Source: Patescibacteria group bacterium
GTDB lineage: Bacteria; Patescibacteriota; Minisyncoccia; Phycocordibacterales; JAKFXT01
Reading direction: 5' to 3'
Length of the DNA: 64,000 nt
Assembly: GCA_038063555.1 (NCBI GenBank)
Contig: JBBTUX010000002.1
Location: 6,806-70,805 of the forward strand
Shown here: positions 19,111 through 29,498 of the stretch, in pieces
Layout: each line of letters starts with the position of its first letter
Numbering within the stretch: position 1 is the stretch's first letter
Notes under the pieces: model-generated
Database searches by the model: none
Seen by the model: only the letters and a program-made list of their open reading frames with translations
Told to the model about the DNA's origin: nothing
Program-made: the position numbers and the translations under genes

Positions 19111-20199
19111 ATGAAACTTTTAATCTTAACTCAAAAAATTGATAGGGATGATCCAGTTCTTGGCTTTTTTCACCAATGGGTTAAGGAGTTTGCAAAACAT
19201 TGGACAAGAATAACCGTAATTTGCCTTGAGAAGGGTTTTTATGATTTCCCAAAAAACACCGAGGTGTTTTCTCTTGGTAAAGAAGAAAAAGTTTCTAGGA
19301 TTATATATTTATTGCGTTTTTACAAATATATAATTTATGAACATAAAAATTATGATGCTGTTTTTGTGCATATGAACCAAGAGTATGTGTTGTTGGGTGG
19401 TTTGATATGGAAATTTTTTGGAAAAAATATAAGTATGTGGAGGAACCATTTGAAAGGGAGTTTTCTAACTAATTTAGCGGTATTTCTATCTGATAGGGTT
19501 TTTTGCACTTCCAATCAATCGTATACCACCCGATTTAAAAAAACCAAGATTATGCCTGCGGGAATAAATACAGATTTATTTAAACCCGATGCTTCAGTGC
19601 ACAAGAAACCAAAATCCATTCTTTTTTTGGGCCGAATCGATCCAGTCAAGAATGTTGATGTTTTTGTTGAAGCGCTCCAAAAATTAAGAAATGAAGGAAT
19701 AAAATTTTTTGCAACTATAGCAGGGGGCTCCTCGGATAAATATAAAGCGTATGAAAAAATGATTCATGAGAAAATAATTACGTATGATTTAGGCGATAAA
19801 GTGACATTTACTGGCGCCATGTCACAAAGAGAAGCTTTAAAATTGTATAGAGAGCATGAGTTTTATGTGAATTTGACCCCCTCCGGTAGTATGGACAAAA
19901 CTATTTTTGAAGCTCTTGCTTCCGGTCTTAAAGTTCTAGTCGCCAATACTTTTTTTAGGGATAAATTACCCGAAAGTTCTATTGTGGCAAATCCCAATGA
20001 TTTGGAAAGTTTGGTTTCCAAGATTAAAAACATCCTTAGCGATTCTCACGGCGACAACTCTGATTCTCAAAAAAATAACATGGCTTTCCTTGAGTGGCAT
20101 AGTTTGAATAATTTAATGAAAGAGCTAAAAGTAGCCATGACTAATACGAGAAAGGTTGTTTCAAAACAAACGAATGAAATTAATTTATATAACTTCTAA
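19111..20199 (+). CDS. glycosyltransferase family 4
   Basis: GRIDPVKN, GSMDKTIFEALA. Confidence 0.85.
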   Translation: MKLLILTQKIDRDDPVLGFFHQWVKEFAKHWTRITVICLEKGFYDFPKNTEVFSLGKEEKVSRIIYLLRFYKYIIYEHKNYDAVFVHMNQEYVLLGGLIWKFFGKNISMWRNHLKGSFLTNLAVFLSDRVFCTSNQSYTTRFKKTKIMPAGINTDLFKPDASVHKKPKSILFLGRIDPVKNVDVFVEALQKLRNEGIKFFATIAGGSSDKYKAYEKMIHEKIITYDLGDKVTFTGAMSQREALKLYREHEFYVNLTPSGSMDKTIFEALASGLKVLVANTFFRDKLPESSIVANPNDLESLVSKIKNILSDSHGDNSDSQKNNMAFLEWHSLNNLMKELKVAMTNTRKVVSKQTNEINLYNF

Positions 20200-21286
20200 A
20201 AAATTTCCATCCACGAAAACTGACCCTTTCTATGTAAGGTCAATGGCACAGGCTTTCGCCGAGCTTTTGGGTAAAGATTTTTTGTTTTTTGTGAGAGGAA
20301 ATATTCCTGATGAATTGAAAGATGTAAATGCTATATCGGTGAAATTACCAAAACGTTTTAGAATCGCGCTTTACTTTATTTTTTTACCTATTTTTATTGT
20401 GTTGCATAAATGGAATGCCAAAGACATAGTTTTTTTTTCTTACGATCCTTTTTTATTGTCGATACTTATATTCTGGCGAAAAATTTTTAGATTTCAATAT
20501 TCTATCTGTTCTGACTGGCATCAACTTTTTGATGACTGGAAAGATAAATATGTAGCGAAAAATAGTGATTATCTGATATCCACCTCAAAAAGATTAAAAG
20601 AACTTCTGCACTCCGTCTGTGGCATTGATCAGAATAAAATATTGGTCGCTTATGGAGGGGTGAATGTAAATCTTTATATTGAGAAATCAAAAATAAAAAA
20701 AGAGGAGTATCGTCAAAAGTTAGAACTCCCGATAGATTCCTTCCTTGTGGGTTACGTAGGTAGTTTTAGAAGTGTTGGTATGGAAAAGGGGCTTGATATT
20801 ATGATCAAATCTTTTTCTTATCTAGACGAAAAAATAATGATGGTATTTGTGGGTGGTTCTAAACAACATATAAACGAATACATGATGTTAGCGAGAGAGA
20901 AAAATGTTCTGAACAGATGTATTTTTGTGGAAAAACAAAAGCCGTTTGATAAAGTTGTTGAATATATGTTGGCTATGGACATTTTAGTCATACCTTACCC
21001 GGACAAACGTCATTTTAGAGATTACGGTTTTCCAATGAAAGTGTGGGAATATATGGCTTCCGGGCGGCCGATAGTATACTCAAATCTTGAAATTATAGGG
21101 GAGATATTGAAAGGAAGAGCTACTGCTTTTAAGCCCGATGACGCATCTAGTCTTGCGGAAGCAATATTGTCTCTTTATCAAGATAGGGAATCGGCCGAAA
21201 GATTAGCAAAGCAAAATCCCGAGGATGTTTTAGCTTATACTTGGAAAGCAAGGGTTAAAAATATATTGGATTTTGTTAATCTATAA
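20174..21286 (+). CDS. glycosyltransferase family 4
   Basis: EKGLD, PMKVWEYMASG. Confidence 0.85.
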   Translation: MKLIYITSKKFPSTKTDPFYVRSMAQAFAELLGKDFLFFVRGNIPDELKDVNAISVKLPKRFRIALYFIFLPIFIVLHKWNAKDIVFFSYDPFLLSILIFWRKIFRFQYSICSDWHQLFDDWKDKYVAKNSDYLISTSKRLKELLHSVCGIDQNKILVAYGGVNVNLYIEKSKIKKEEYRQKLELPIDSFLVGYVGSFRSVGMEKGLDIMIKSFSYLDEKIMMVFVGGSKQHINEYMMLAREKNVLNRCIFVEKQKPFDKVVEYMLAMDILVIPYPDKRHFRDYGFPMKVWEYMASGRPIVYSNLEIIGEILKGRATAFKPDDASSLAEAILSLYQDRESAERLAKQNPEDVLAYTWKARVKNILDFVNL

Positions 21287-21291
21287 ATAAC

Positions 21292-23121
21292 ATGTGCGGT
21301 ATATCGGGATTTAATTGGAAAGATGAAAACAAGGTATCCTCTATGGTGGGGGAACTTAATCACCGCGGACCTGATGCTAAGGGTATTTTTGTTGATGAAA
21401 AAATATCTCTTGGACACAACCGATTAAGTATTATTGACCTGTCAGCCAGGGCAAATCAACCAATGTTTGATAATGATAAAGATTTAGTGATTGTCTTTAA
21501 TGGAGAGATTTATAATTTTGAGGATTTGAAAAGGGAGTTAGAAGGAGAGTATGAATTTAAGACCAAGAGTGATACGGAAGTAATTCTTGCTGGATATAAA
21601 AAGTGGGGGAAGAATGTAGTCAATAAATTAAATGGCATGTTCGCTTTCGCTATTTGGAATAAAAGTAAGGAGGAATTATTTTGCGCTCGAGACCATGCGG
21701 GAGTTAAACCCTTCTATTATTTTTTTGATGGGGATAGATTTATATTTGCTTCGGAAATCAAAGCTATTTTAAAGCATGCAACGTCACGTAAGCTAAACAG
21801 GAACGCTTTCAATCAGTACTTGCGTATGCTCTATGTACCAGAGCCCATGACTATGATTGAAAATATTTACAAACTGCCTCCTAAAAGCACTCTGACTCTC
21901 AAAGACAAAAATCTCTTTGTAGAAGAATATAATAATCTAGCAGAAGAAACGAAAATTATTTCATACGAAGAAAACAGGGATATTTTGCGAGAGAAAGTCA
22001 TAGGTGCTGTAAAGAGGCAGCTTGTTTCCGATGTGCCTGTTGGAGTTTATCTTTCCGGAGGTATAGATTCTAGCGCGGTGCTATTTTCCATGACGAAGTT
22101 CTGCAAAGACATTGAAACTTTTTCTATTGGTTTTGAACTGGGAAAGGGAGAAGAAAAGGAAAAATTCAATAGTGACTTTGAGCTTGCGGGAAAAACGGCA
22201 AATTTTTTCGGGACTAAACACAATTCACTTTTGGTTTCCGCTAAAGACGCCAGGGACTCTTTCGAAGAAGCTGTGTCTAAATGTGATGATCCTATATCCA
22301 ATCCCACATCCATAGCAATGATGCTTCTTTCTAAGTTTGCCAAGAATAAAGTAAGTGTGGTCCTGACCGGAAGTGGCGGGGATGAACTTTTCGGTGGTTA
22401 TGATCGCTACAGAATAGCCCTCTTGGCATCTTACTATCAAAAACTCCCAAGGTTCTTGCGGGCAGTGGGCAATATAAACACAAGGGTTTCCAAAATGGAT
22501 TATAAAAATAAAATTGATCTTTTTGCGCAATTTATGTTTGAAAAAGATGACATACTCTCGGAAGTGATTTCACCGTCAGTTTTCCAAGAAGATGATGACA
22601 TTAAAAAATATTTTCAGCAAAAATATCTTTCTCAATGTATTGGTGATGTAGCTGATTGTTTTATGAAAGTAGACCAGAAAAGCTGGCTACCAGATTATTT
22701 CTTTATGCTTGCCGATAAAATGTCTATGGCTAATTCTCTTGAAGAGAGGGTCCCTTTGGTAGATAAGGAACTGGTTGCTTTCTCCAAGATAATACCAAGG
22801 TCTTTTAAACTAGATTTATTCAGGACAAAAAAAATTCTAAAAGATGCTTTCAGAAATGATTTACCAGAATATCTTTTTAATCAACCTAAGCGTGGTTGGT
22901 TTTCACCGGGGGCTAAATGGTTGAGAAACCCAGATTTTGCAAAATTTGCCAAAGAGGTCTTATCCGAAGATTATTACGAAGGCACTAGAGAGCTTTTCAA
23001 TTGGTCCAATGTGAGAGAATTGTTGGATAAGCATATACGCAAAGAGAAATACAATTTGACCATTCTCTGGGCTATTCTTACTTTTCAAATTTGGGCAAGG
23101 AAATACAGAATAGAAATATGA
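21292..23121 (+). CDS. asnB: asparagine synthase (glutamine-hydrolysing) family amidotransferase
   Basis: MCGI, HRGPD, RLSIID, FNGEIYN, LSGGIDS, GGDELFGGY. Confidence 0.92.
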   Translation: MCGISGFNWKDENKVSSMVGELNHRGPDAKGIFVDEKISLGHNRLSIIDLSARANQPMFDNDKDLVIVFNGEIYNFEDLKRELEGEYEFKTKSDTEVILAGYKKWGKNVVNKLNGMFAFAIWNKSKEELFCARDHAGVKPFYYFFDGDRFIFASEIKAILKHATSRKLNRNAFNQYLRMLYVPEPMTMIENIYKLPPKSTLTLKDKNLFVEEYNNLAEETKIISYEENRDILREKVIGAVKRQLVSDVPVGVYLSGGIDSSAVLFSMTKFCKDIETFSIGFELGKGEEKEKFNSDFELAGKTANFFGTKHNSLLVSAKDARDSFEEAVSKCDDPISNPTSIAMMLLSKFAKNKVSVVLTGSGGDELFGGYDRYRIALLASYYQKLPRFLRAVGNINTRVSKMDYKNKIDLFAQFMFEKDDILSEVISPSVFQEDDDIKKYFQQKYLSQCIGDVADCFMKVDQKSWLPDYFFMLADKMSMANSLEERVPLVDKELVAFSKIIPRSFKLDLFRTKKILKDAFRNDLPEYLFNQPKRGWFSPGAKWLRNPDFAKFAKEVLSEDYYEGTRELFNWSNVRELLDKHIRKEKYNLTILWAILTFQIWARKYRIEI

Positions 23122-24065
23122 AGACGGATAATAAAAGACATAAATTAATTGAAATGTTTCTTACTTCTGTATCAAAATACGAAGATTCTCTGCAGTATAT
23201 AAAGTTTGAAAAAGATAAGTTAAAAAGAATTTTGTATGGTTTAAATAAATTCGGTTTTTCTTATGTCTTATACAATTTGTCCAGATTTAAGGTACCTGGA
23301 CTTTTTGGTGATATTCGCGGTCAGTTTTTCTTTGGCAGAGAAATGATTTGGCCAATTGGGGACATCGGCGCTAATGTATTCTCCATGTATGGCATTTCTC
23401 CGCATAAAAGTGAAAAAAAGTTGGCTCTTTGGATTATTAAAAACATTGGGGACTCTGAAATTTTTTACGATGTCGGAGCGCATCTTGGATACTACACAGC
23501 CCTTTCTTTGGAAATTCTTACAAAAGGCGAAGTGCATGTATTTGAAGCAAATAATAAACTTTGCAGATATCTATATAAAAATTTTTCTGGTTTAAAAGGG
23601 GTTCATATCTCCTGCACCGCTATTGCCGATATTGTTGGAAAAGTAAATTTCTATGATGTGAGTAGTACTGAAGATAGTTCCACTAGCTCTCGATTTAACC
23701 TGTCGGGGAGAGAAATTGTTCCCTCAAGAATTGATGCAATCACTCTAGATGAGTATGTAAGGAGAGGGCGTAAAGCGCCAACGGTAATAAAGTTTGATAT
23801 TGAAGGCGGAGAATACGATGCGATTATGGGAGCCGAAAGTCTCATAAAAGGGAATAGACCCATGATTATTATGGAAGTTTGGGGGGGAGAGAAAGGTAGA
23901 AAATATTCCGAAAGAGCAGTTAAAAAACTTCAAGAGTTTGATTACAAAGCTTTCCCATTAAAAAGCGATGGCTCTGTTTCCGATAAACCTATAGAAGATC
24001 CAGTTGGAAACATTACAAATTTATCAAATGATGCTCGGGACAATTTTTTATTTTTGGTAAAATAA
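23118..24065 (+). CDS. FkbM-family methyltransferase
   Basis: DVGAHLG, ITLD, KFDIEGGE. Confidence 0.85.
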   Translation: MKTDNKRHKLIEMFLTSVSKYEDSLQYIKFEKDKLKRILYGLNKFGFSYVLYNLSRFKVPGLFGDIRGQFFFGREMIWPIGDIGANVFSMYGISPHKSEKKLALWIIKNIGDSEIFYDVGAHLGYYTALSLEILTKGEVHVFEANNKLCRYLYKNFSGLKGVHISCTAIADIVGKVNFYDVSSTEDSSTSSRFNLSGREIVPSRIDAITLDEYVRRGRKAPTVIKFDIEGGEYDAIMGAESLIKGNRPMIIMEVWGGEKGRKYSERAVKKLQEFDYKAFPLKSDGSVSDKPIEDPVGNITNLSNDARDNFLFLVK

Positions 24066-24068
24066 ATT

Positions 24069-25184
24069 ATGAGAATTACCTACATAGCCAATGCCCGTAT
24101 TCCCACCGAGAAAGCTCACGGCATTCAAATAATTAAGATGTGCGAGGCCTTCACCAACCTAGGTCATAGAGTTGAATTAGTAATTCCCAAACGCAAAAAT
24201 CCTATTCAGGAAGAAATTTTTTCTTACTATGGAGTAAAGAATAGTTTTGTTATAACTCGTCTTTGGTGCATTGATACGGTTAAATTTGGATTTTGGGGGT
24301 TTCTCTTGGAATGGCTATCATTTGCTGAAATGGCATTTTGGTATTTACTTTTCAAAAAAAACGATATTTATTTTGGCCGAGACTACGTGACCCTTCTTTA
24401 CCTAAGCCTTTTTCGAAGAAAAACCGTATGGGAAACTCATACTGGTGAGTGGAATATTTTAATTTGGCTCTTTTCTAAATTAGATAATAAAGTGGTGGCT
24501 ATTAGCCAGGGACTCAAAGATTTTTATGTAAAGAAAGGCGTGAAAGAAGAGAAAATTGTGGTAGCGCATGATGCGGTTGATTTGGAACAATTCACTGTTT
24601 CCATAAAGAAAGATGTGGCGCGAGAAAAACACGGCTTGCAAAGCGAGCTCCCACTGGCTTTGTATGCAGGTAAATTAGACGGATGGAAGGGGGTAGAAAC
24701 TTTACTGTTGGCCAGTCAGTTATTAATAGGCGAAGTTAAGATGGTAATAATAGGGGGCAGTGAAGAGGAAATAGTTACATTAAAAAAGAAATATCCGGAA
24801 GTTACTTTCCTTGGCTATCATCCCTATCGGCAATTACCGGAAATTCAACAGATGGCAGACGTGTTGGTAATTCCCAACACAAGCAAGAACATTGTTTCCC
24901 GACAATTCACTTCTCCTTTAAAAGTATTTGCGGCAATGGCCTCGGGGATTCCAATGGTGGTTTCTGATCTCCCTTCTGTGCGCGAGATTCTGGATGATTC
25001 AATGTGTTATTTCTTTTCCCCGGATAATGCAGAAAATCTTGCGAATGTTATCAAAATGGTGTTAACCGATGGAATGAACAGTCAAGTTAAGACAGAAAAG
25101 GCACTTTTGAAAGCGGAAATTTATACGTGGGAAAAGAGAGCGGCGAACATACTTAATTTCATGTCAAAAGATAATTCCAACTAA
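24069..25184 (+). CDS. glycosyltransferase family 4
   Basis: RIPTEKAHGIQ, WKGVE, SPLKVF.AMASG. Confidence 0.88.
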   Translation: MRITYIANARIPTEKAHGIQIIKMCEAFTNLGHRVELVIPKRKNPIQEEIFSYYGVKNSFVITRLWCIDTVKFGFWGFLLEWLSFAEMAFWYLLFKKNDIYFGRDYVTLLYLSLFRRKTVWETHTGEWNILIWLFSKLDNKVVAISQGLKDFYVKKGVKEEKIVVAHDAVDLEQFTVSIKKDVAREKHGLQSELPLALYAGKLDGWKGVETLLLASQLLIGEVKMVIIGGSEEEIVTLKKKYPEVTFLGYHPYRQLPEIQQMADVLVIPNTSKNIVSRQFTSPLKVFAAMASGIPMVVSDLPSVREILDDSMCYFFSPDNAENLANVIKMVLTDGMNSQVKTEKALLKAEIYTWEKRAANILNFMSKDNSN

Positions 25185-25193
25185 AATAAAAAA

Positions 25194-25760
25194 ATGAAGG
25201 AGTTATTTTTACAGGATATTCCGCTTTCCCTTATAAGGCACAATGATTTGCCTTGCTATAATAAGGAGGGTTTTGGTGGCTGTAAAATTGAAATGTGGCC
25301 GATGTATAATTTTTTCCGCCAATATCTTGACAACAAAAAAGAATCTGCCAGACAAAATTTTGAAAATTGGTATAGAGAGCAACTTACCAAGTACCACGCT
25401 TCGCCAAAATCGGAGGGTGGTATGCGCCACGGGTCGCTGTATCAATTAATTGAAAAAAGATGCAATGCGCCGTTTTCCAAAGTCGAGGAGGGGTGCAAAG
25501 ACGAAGTCATAAGAGAAAGAGTGGGACAACGGTTTAAGATGCTTGAAGATATACAAAATCAAGGATATAAAGTGAATGAGACCGAGCGCATTGATGCGGT
25601 CAGAAAAAACGAATTGATTTATCTAAAGGGAGGGCATCATCGCGCTGCGGCGCTATCTGCTCTGGGAAAAACAGAGCTTCCGGGTGTTCTTGTTTTTCCA
25701 AATCAACTAGTTTATAACATGATTCGTTTTTGGCGATGGATAAAGTATGACAATATTTAA
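25194..25760 (+). CDS. hypothetical protein with ParB/Srx-like GHHR motif
   Basis: EDIQNQGY...GGHHRAAAL; in operon order. Confidence 0.6.
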   Translation: MKELFLQDIPLSLIRHNDLPCYNKEGFGGCKIEMWPMYNFFRQYLDNKKESARQNFENWYREQLTKYHASPKSEGGMRHGSLYQLIEKRCNAPFSKVEEGCKDEVIRERVGQRFKMLEDIQNQGYKVNETERIDAVRKNELIYLKGGHHRAAALSALGKTELPGVLVFPNQLVYNMIRFWRWIKYDNI

Positions 25761-26430
25761 AAATAAAGAAGAATATAAAAAATGGATTGAAATGGAGGAT
25801 TGGTATCAAACAATCAACCTTAAAAGCGGTTTAAAAACGGCAGGCAAAGCCCCAACACATTTGCGCGAGCCCCTTTTTGAAAAATTTGATTTAGAGAATA
25901 AATCTTTTTTGGATATTGGCTGCAATTCCGGACAATATTGTTTCTTGGCAAAAGATAAGGGTGCTTCCAAAGTGGTTGGAATTGATATAGAAAAAAAACG
26001 TATAGCGCAGGCGAAAACTCTTGCCGAAAACGAAGGATACGACATTGATTTTGAAAAACGCAGTATTTTTGATATAGACACTTTCCCCAAATTTGATGTG
26101 GTGTTTTGCATCGCGGTCCTTACTGAAATTCAAGATATTTTCGGCGCAATTGAAAAGTTGAAAAAAGTTATTGGGAAAATGGCTTATCTTGAACTGGAAT
26201 TGGCAAAACCGATATTTTATTTTTCGCACTCTAAATATTGGCTAAAAGGTTACCCCAATCTTTCGCGCCAGAATGCAGTGGCCGAAGTTAGGCAAACGCA
26301 CAACGACAAGTGGGTTATTAGCCCCTCTTTCGAAGTATTACGAGCGGCTTTTGGTGAGGAATTTAAACTTACACGTAAAGAAGGAGGCGTCCGATATGAC
26401 TTAGTTGAAGTGACTCGAGTTTCTAAGTAA
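25747..26430 (+). CDS. class I SAM-dependent methyltransferase
   Basis: LDIGCNSG, VVGID, FDVVFC. Confidence 0.85.
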   Translation: MTIFKNKEEYKKWIEMEDWYQTINLKSGLKTAGKAPTHLREPLFEKFDLENKSFLDIGCNSGQYCFLAKDKGASKVVGIDIEKKRIAQAKTLAENEGYDIDFEKRSIFDIDTFPKFDVVFCIAVLTEIQDIFGAIEKLKKVIGKMAYLELELAKPIFYFSHSKYWLKGYPNLSRQNAVAEVRQTHNDKWVISPSFEVLRAAFGEEFKLTRKEGGVRYDLVEVTRVSK

Positions 26431-26453
26431 TTTTAAGAATATAAATTTAAACT

Positions 26454-27617
26454 ATGAATTATTTATTGCGCATGCGAAATATCCTGCTGTTTATTCTCGC
26501 AATTTTCTCCATTGTTTTTTATGGGAATAGAAAAAAAATAAATAAGACGCCGAAGAAAATACTCATTATACAACTGGCGAAGTTGGGGGATATGGTTTGT
26601 ATGACTCCTGTTTTTCATGCGCTACGGCAGAATGTGCCTCAAACAAAAATATATGTAATGGGGGATGGAACAAATAAAGAATTACTAAAAGGCAATAATG
26701 ACATTGATGAATATTTAGTATTTCAACATGGGAGGTTGTTTTCTATGGTTAAGCAATTAAGGCGCGAAAAAATAAACGTTGCATGCATTCGTGGTACAGG
26801 GTTTGTTCCTCTTGTGGTAGCACTTCTTGCTGGTATACCCTTAATTATTACACCAAAAGTTACAAAAGGAAAGGCCCTTCAAACAAAAACCTACGAGTTG
26901 CTTCTTCCTTACGTGAAGACAGTTGATTTTAGATTTGGGGAATATATGCCACGCCAATTTTTACGATTGCTTGAACCGTTAGGTATAGTATCTTCCGACA
27001 CTAAAAAATATTTGGTATTTTCAGATACTGCACTTGAAAAAACAAACCAATTTTTAAAGCGTAATGGAATAGAATCGGAAAAATATCTTGTAGTAGGGAT
27101 ATCACCATCCGCAGGAAATAAAATAAAGGAATGGCCGGAAGAACGTTTCGCTGAAGTTGCTGATTATCTTATACAAAAACATAATGCGAAGGTGCTACTA
27201 ATTGGAGGACCACATGACGATCAAAAAGTGAAAAAGTTGATTAAAAATATTAAAAATATTGCAGGTGTTGTAAATACTCAAGGGGAATTTAATGTAGATG
27301 AGCTCAAGGCACTTGTCTCCAAGCTGGACCTGTTTATAAGCGTTGATACTGGCCCGATTTATATTGCGGAAGCATTTGGTGTACCCACAATTGATATCAT
27401 AGGACCAGTAGATGAAAAAGAGCAGCCCCCAATTTCAAATATTCACAGAATTGTTTATTGGAAGGACCGTAAAGCACCAGCAGTTCATATTTTGAATACG
27501 CGCATTTATGATGCTTATGAAGCCAGAAAACAGATAGAGTCAATTTCTGCTAAGGACGTTATCTCAACTTTTGAAGAATTAATCAGAGATTCAGAGTTCA
27601 GAAGGTTTGTGTGCTAA
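26454..27617 (+). CDS. glycosyltransferase family 9 (heptosyltransferase-like)
   Basis: LGDMV, KEWP, SVDTGP.YIAEA. Confidence 0.85.
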   Translation: MNYLLRMRNILLFILAIFSIVFYGNRKKINKTPKKILIIQLAKLGDMVCMTPVFHALRQNVPQTKIYVMGDGTNKELLKGNNDIDEYLVFQHGRLFSMVKQLRREKINVACIRGTGFVPLVVALLAGIPLIITPKVTKGKALQTKTYELLLPYVKTVDFRFGEYMPRQFLRLLEPLGIVSSDTKKYLVFSDTALEKTNQFLKRNGIESEKYLVVGISPSAGNKIKEWPEERFAEVADYLIQKHNAKVLLIGGPHDDQKVKKLIKNIKNIAGVVNTQGEFNVDELKALVSKLDLFISVDTGPIYIAEAFGVPTIDIIGPVDEKEQPPISNIHRIVYWKDRKAPAVHILNTRIYDAYEARKQIESISAKDVISTFEELIRDSEFRRFVC

Positions 27618-27632
27618 AATTGTTTATACAAC

Positions 27633-27887
27633 ATGGAAGCAAACGGGGATAAATTTTTAAAGCGTACAATAAATAGAATTCGTGATTCTCATATCGGGAG
27701 GTATTTTTTAAATAAAAGTTTTTTTGATTATTTTTGGACCGGAGGACTTTTCACCATTCTTAACATTTTTTTTGTGTGGCTCTTTATAGATATTTTTAAA
27801 ATTCCGACCATTATTTCTAGTATTGTCGTAATCGGCGGATTATTTATTGCTCGGTATGTAGTCTATAGATGGTTAAAGGTAATGTGA
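27633..27887 (+). CDS. small GtrA-like membrane protein
   Basis: Two hydrophobic helices, G..FT.LN pattern. Confidence 0.55.
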   Translation: MEANGDKFLKRTINRIRDSHIGRYFLNKSFFDYFWTGGLFTILNIFFVWLFIDIFKIPTIISSIVVIGGLFIARYVVYRWLKVM

Positions 27888-27891
27888 AATT

Positions 27892-28503
27892 ATGATCTCT
27901 TTAATCTCTTTATTGAAAAAACTTCCCATAGATGTGGGTCAGGCTGAAATGAAGCACACAAGCGCAGGAAAACGCATCGCATTTTCATTTGTAGAGGATG
28001 GGAATGGGAAAGCAGCTCTTGATATAGGGTGTCGCGATGGTTATTGGTCGGAGAAGCTAAAAGAAAAAGGATATCAAGTAAAATCTTTGGATATTGAACC
28101 CCGCTACGACAATGCCATAACTCACAATGTGGAAACAGGTTTGCCATTTGCTGATAAATCATTTGATCTCGTTTGGTGCACGGAGGTTATAGAACATTTG
28201 CACAAACCATCCTTTTTATTGGAAGAGATTGAAAGAGTTTTAAGACCTGGGGGTAAAGTTATTTTAACTACCCCTAATTCCGGTTGGTGGTTTTATTGGA
28301 TTGTGAGTCTTTGGGGGTGGACTCCACAAAAACTACAAAATTTGGATCATAAACAATTTTTCAAAGAAAAAGATATAAGAAAAATTGCGGGCAAAAATTA
28401 TGATTTATTCGGTTACTTTCCCTATGCTTTCTTTTTCTTTCGCATAAGCTTCCTTATTGGCGCGCTTTCGCCGACTTTTATACTTGTCCGCAGAGTTTGT
28501 TAA
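27892..28503 (+). CDS. class I SAM-dependent methyltransferase
   Basis: LDIGCRDG, FDLVWCTEVIEH, RVLRPGG, TTPN. Confidence 0.88.
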   Translation: MISLISLLKKLPIDVGQAEMKHTSAGKRIAFSFVEDGNGKAALDIGCRDGYWSEKLKEKGYQVKSLDIEPRYDNAITHNVETGLPFADKSFDLVWCTEVIEHLHKPSFLLEEIERVLRPGGKVILTTPNSGWWFYWIVSLWGWTPQKLQNLDHKQFFKEKDIRKIAGKNYDLFGYFPYAFFFFRISFLIGALSPTFILVRRVC

Positions 28504-28666
28504 TCATTCATTTACCACGACACCATCCACATTTGTTTTCGTGACATTTATTGAGTGCGCACGTTTACAATAAAAAAAAGACATGTCGGTAAGCAAACTC
28601 AATTTTAACAAACTAAGGTTATTGAGATTATTGAAGAGTTATTAGTTGATTTATATAAAGGAAAAT

Positions 28667-28701
28667 AAAAAAACCGCTCGGCCTATATTGTGGCAAAGCG
28701 G
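28667..28701 (-). terminator. intrinsic terminator for the SDR gene
   Basis: CCGCT..GCC/GGC..AGCGG hairpin followed by a T-run on the minus strand. Confidence 0.55.
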
Positions 28702-28704
28702 GAA

Positions 28705-29376
28705 TTATCGTGTCTCTAACTCCTCAATTCTCGGTGGGCCACGCAGGATGCGCACGAGTTTGTATTGGAAGTTACTGCGATACAAACTCATTATTTGTTC
28801 TGCTACCCACTTGGGATCAAGGAGAGAGGATAAGTCGTCGCGGGGGTTACTTCTCCAGAACTCGGTGTTCATTCCGGAAGGTCCTACTACCAAGACTTTG
28901 CCAATACGCTCGTCAAGCGAGAGAGAGCTGGCAAGCATGGCGGTTCCCGCTTTGATTCCAGTGTAGACTGGTTCACGGAGACGGGGAATCCACTGCGAGG
29001 TAGAGGTGACAGCGATGAACCCGTTTAGCACCCCCTGCTTTCGCAGAATCCTTTGCATCATCATGGCGGGTGCCAGGAAGCCGACATTGGTCATTTTCTG
29101 GATACTTGAATCCCCGAGTTCGTCGATAGTTCCTTTTTCCTCGAATCCGGCGGCGTAAATAAGCAGGTCAATCGGACCAACTTTGCCGATTAGTGAATCT
29201 AAGTCGACAGAAAGCTCGTCGGCATTAGGGCCTATATAAAAGTTGAAGAATCGAACGTTTTTTTCCTGGGGATCGTTTCTGCCGGTAATGAAAACGGTAT
29301 CGCTTTCTTTGGCGAAAAAACGTGCCAAGGCAAGTCCTAATCCGGATGTTCCGCCGACAATTAATATTTTTTTCAT
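28705..29376 (-). CDS. short-chain dehydrogenase/reductase
   Basis: GGTSGLG, YTGIK; SD GAGGA upstream of ATG 29376. Confidence 0.85.
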   Translation of the reverse strand: MKKILIVGGTSGLGLALARFFAKESDTVFITGRNDPQEKNVRFFNFYIGPNADELSVDLDSLIGKVGPIDLLIYAAGFEEKGTIDELGDSSIQKMTNVGFLAPAMMMQRILRKQGVLNGFIAVTSTSQWIPRLREPVYTGIKAGTAMLASSLSLDERIGKVLVVGPSGMNTEFWRSNPRDDLSSLLDPKWVAEQIMSLYRSNFQYKLVRILRGPPRIEELETR

Positions 29377-29405
29377 GACAATTCCTCGGTGACTAACTAT
29401 TTCGC

Positions 29406-29434
29406 ACATTAATACTAAAATTCTTCTTTGTCAA
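29406..29434 (-). promoter_or_regulatory. sigma70-type promoter for the SDR gene
   Basis: TTGACA-17 nt-TAATGT on the minus strand. Confidence 0.55.
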
Positions 29435-29446
29435 ATTTTGTTTTTC

Positions 29447-29482
29447 AAAAAAATGTCGGAGAAGCGAGTGCGTCTCCGACAT
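29447..29482 (-). terminator. intrinsic terminator after the radical SAM gene
   Basis: ATGTCGGAGA/TCTCCGACAT 10-bp stem plus T-run on the minus strand. Confidence 0.7.
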
Positions 29483-29498
29483 GTTGCTACGGCCAGGA

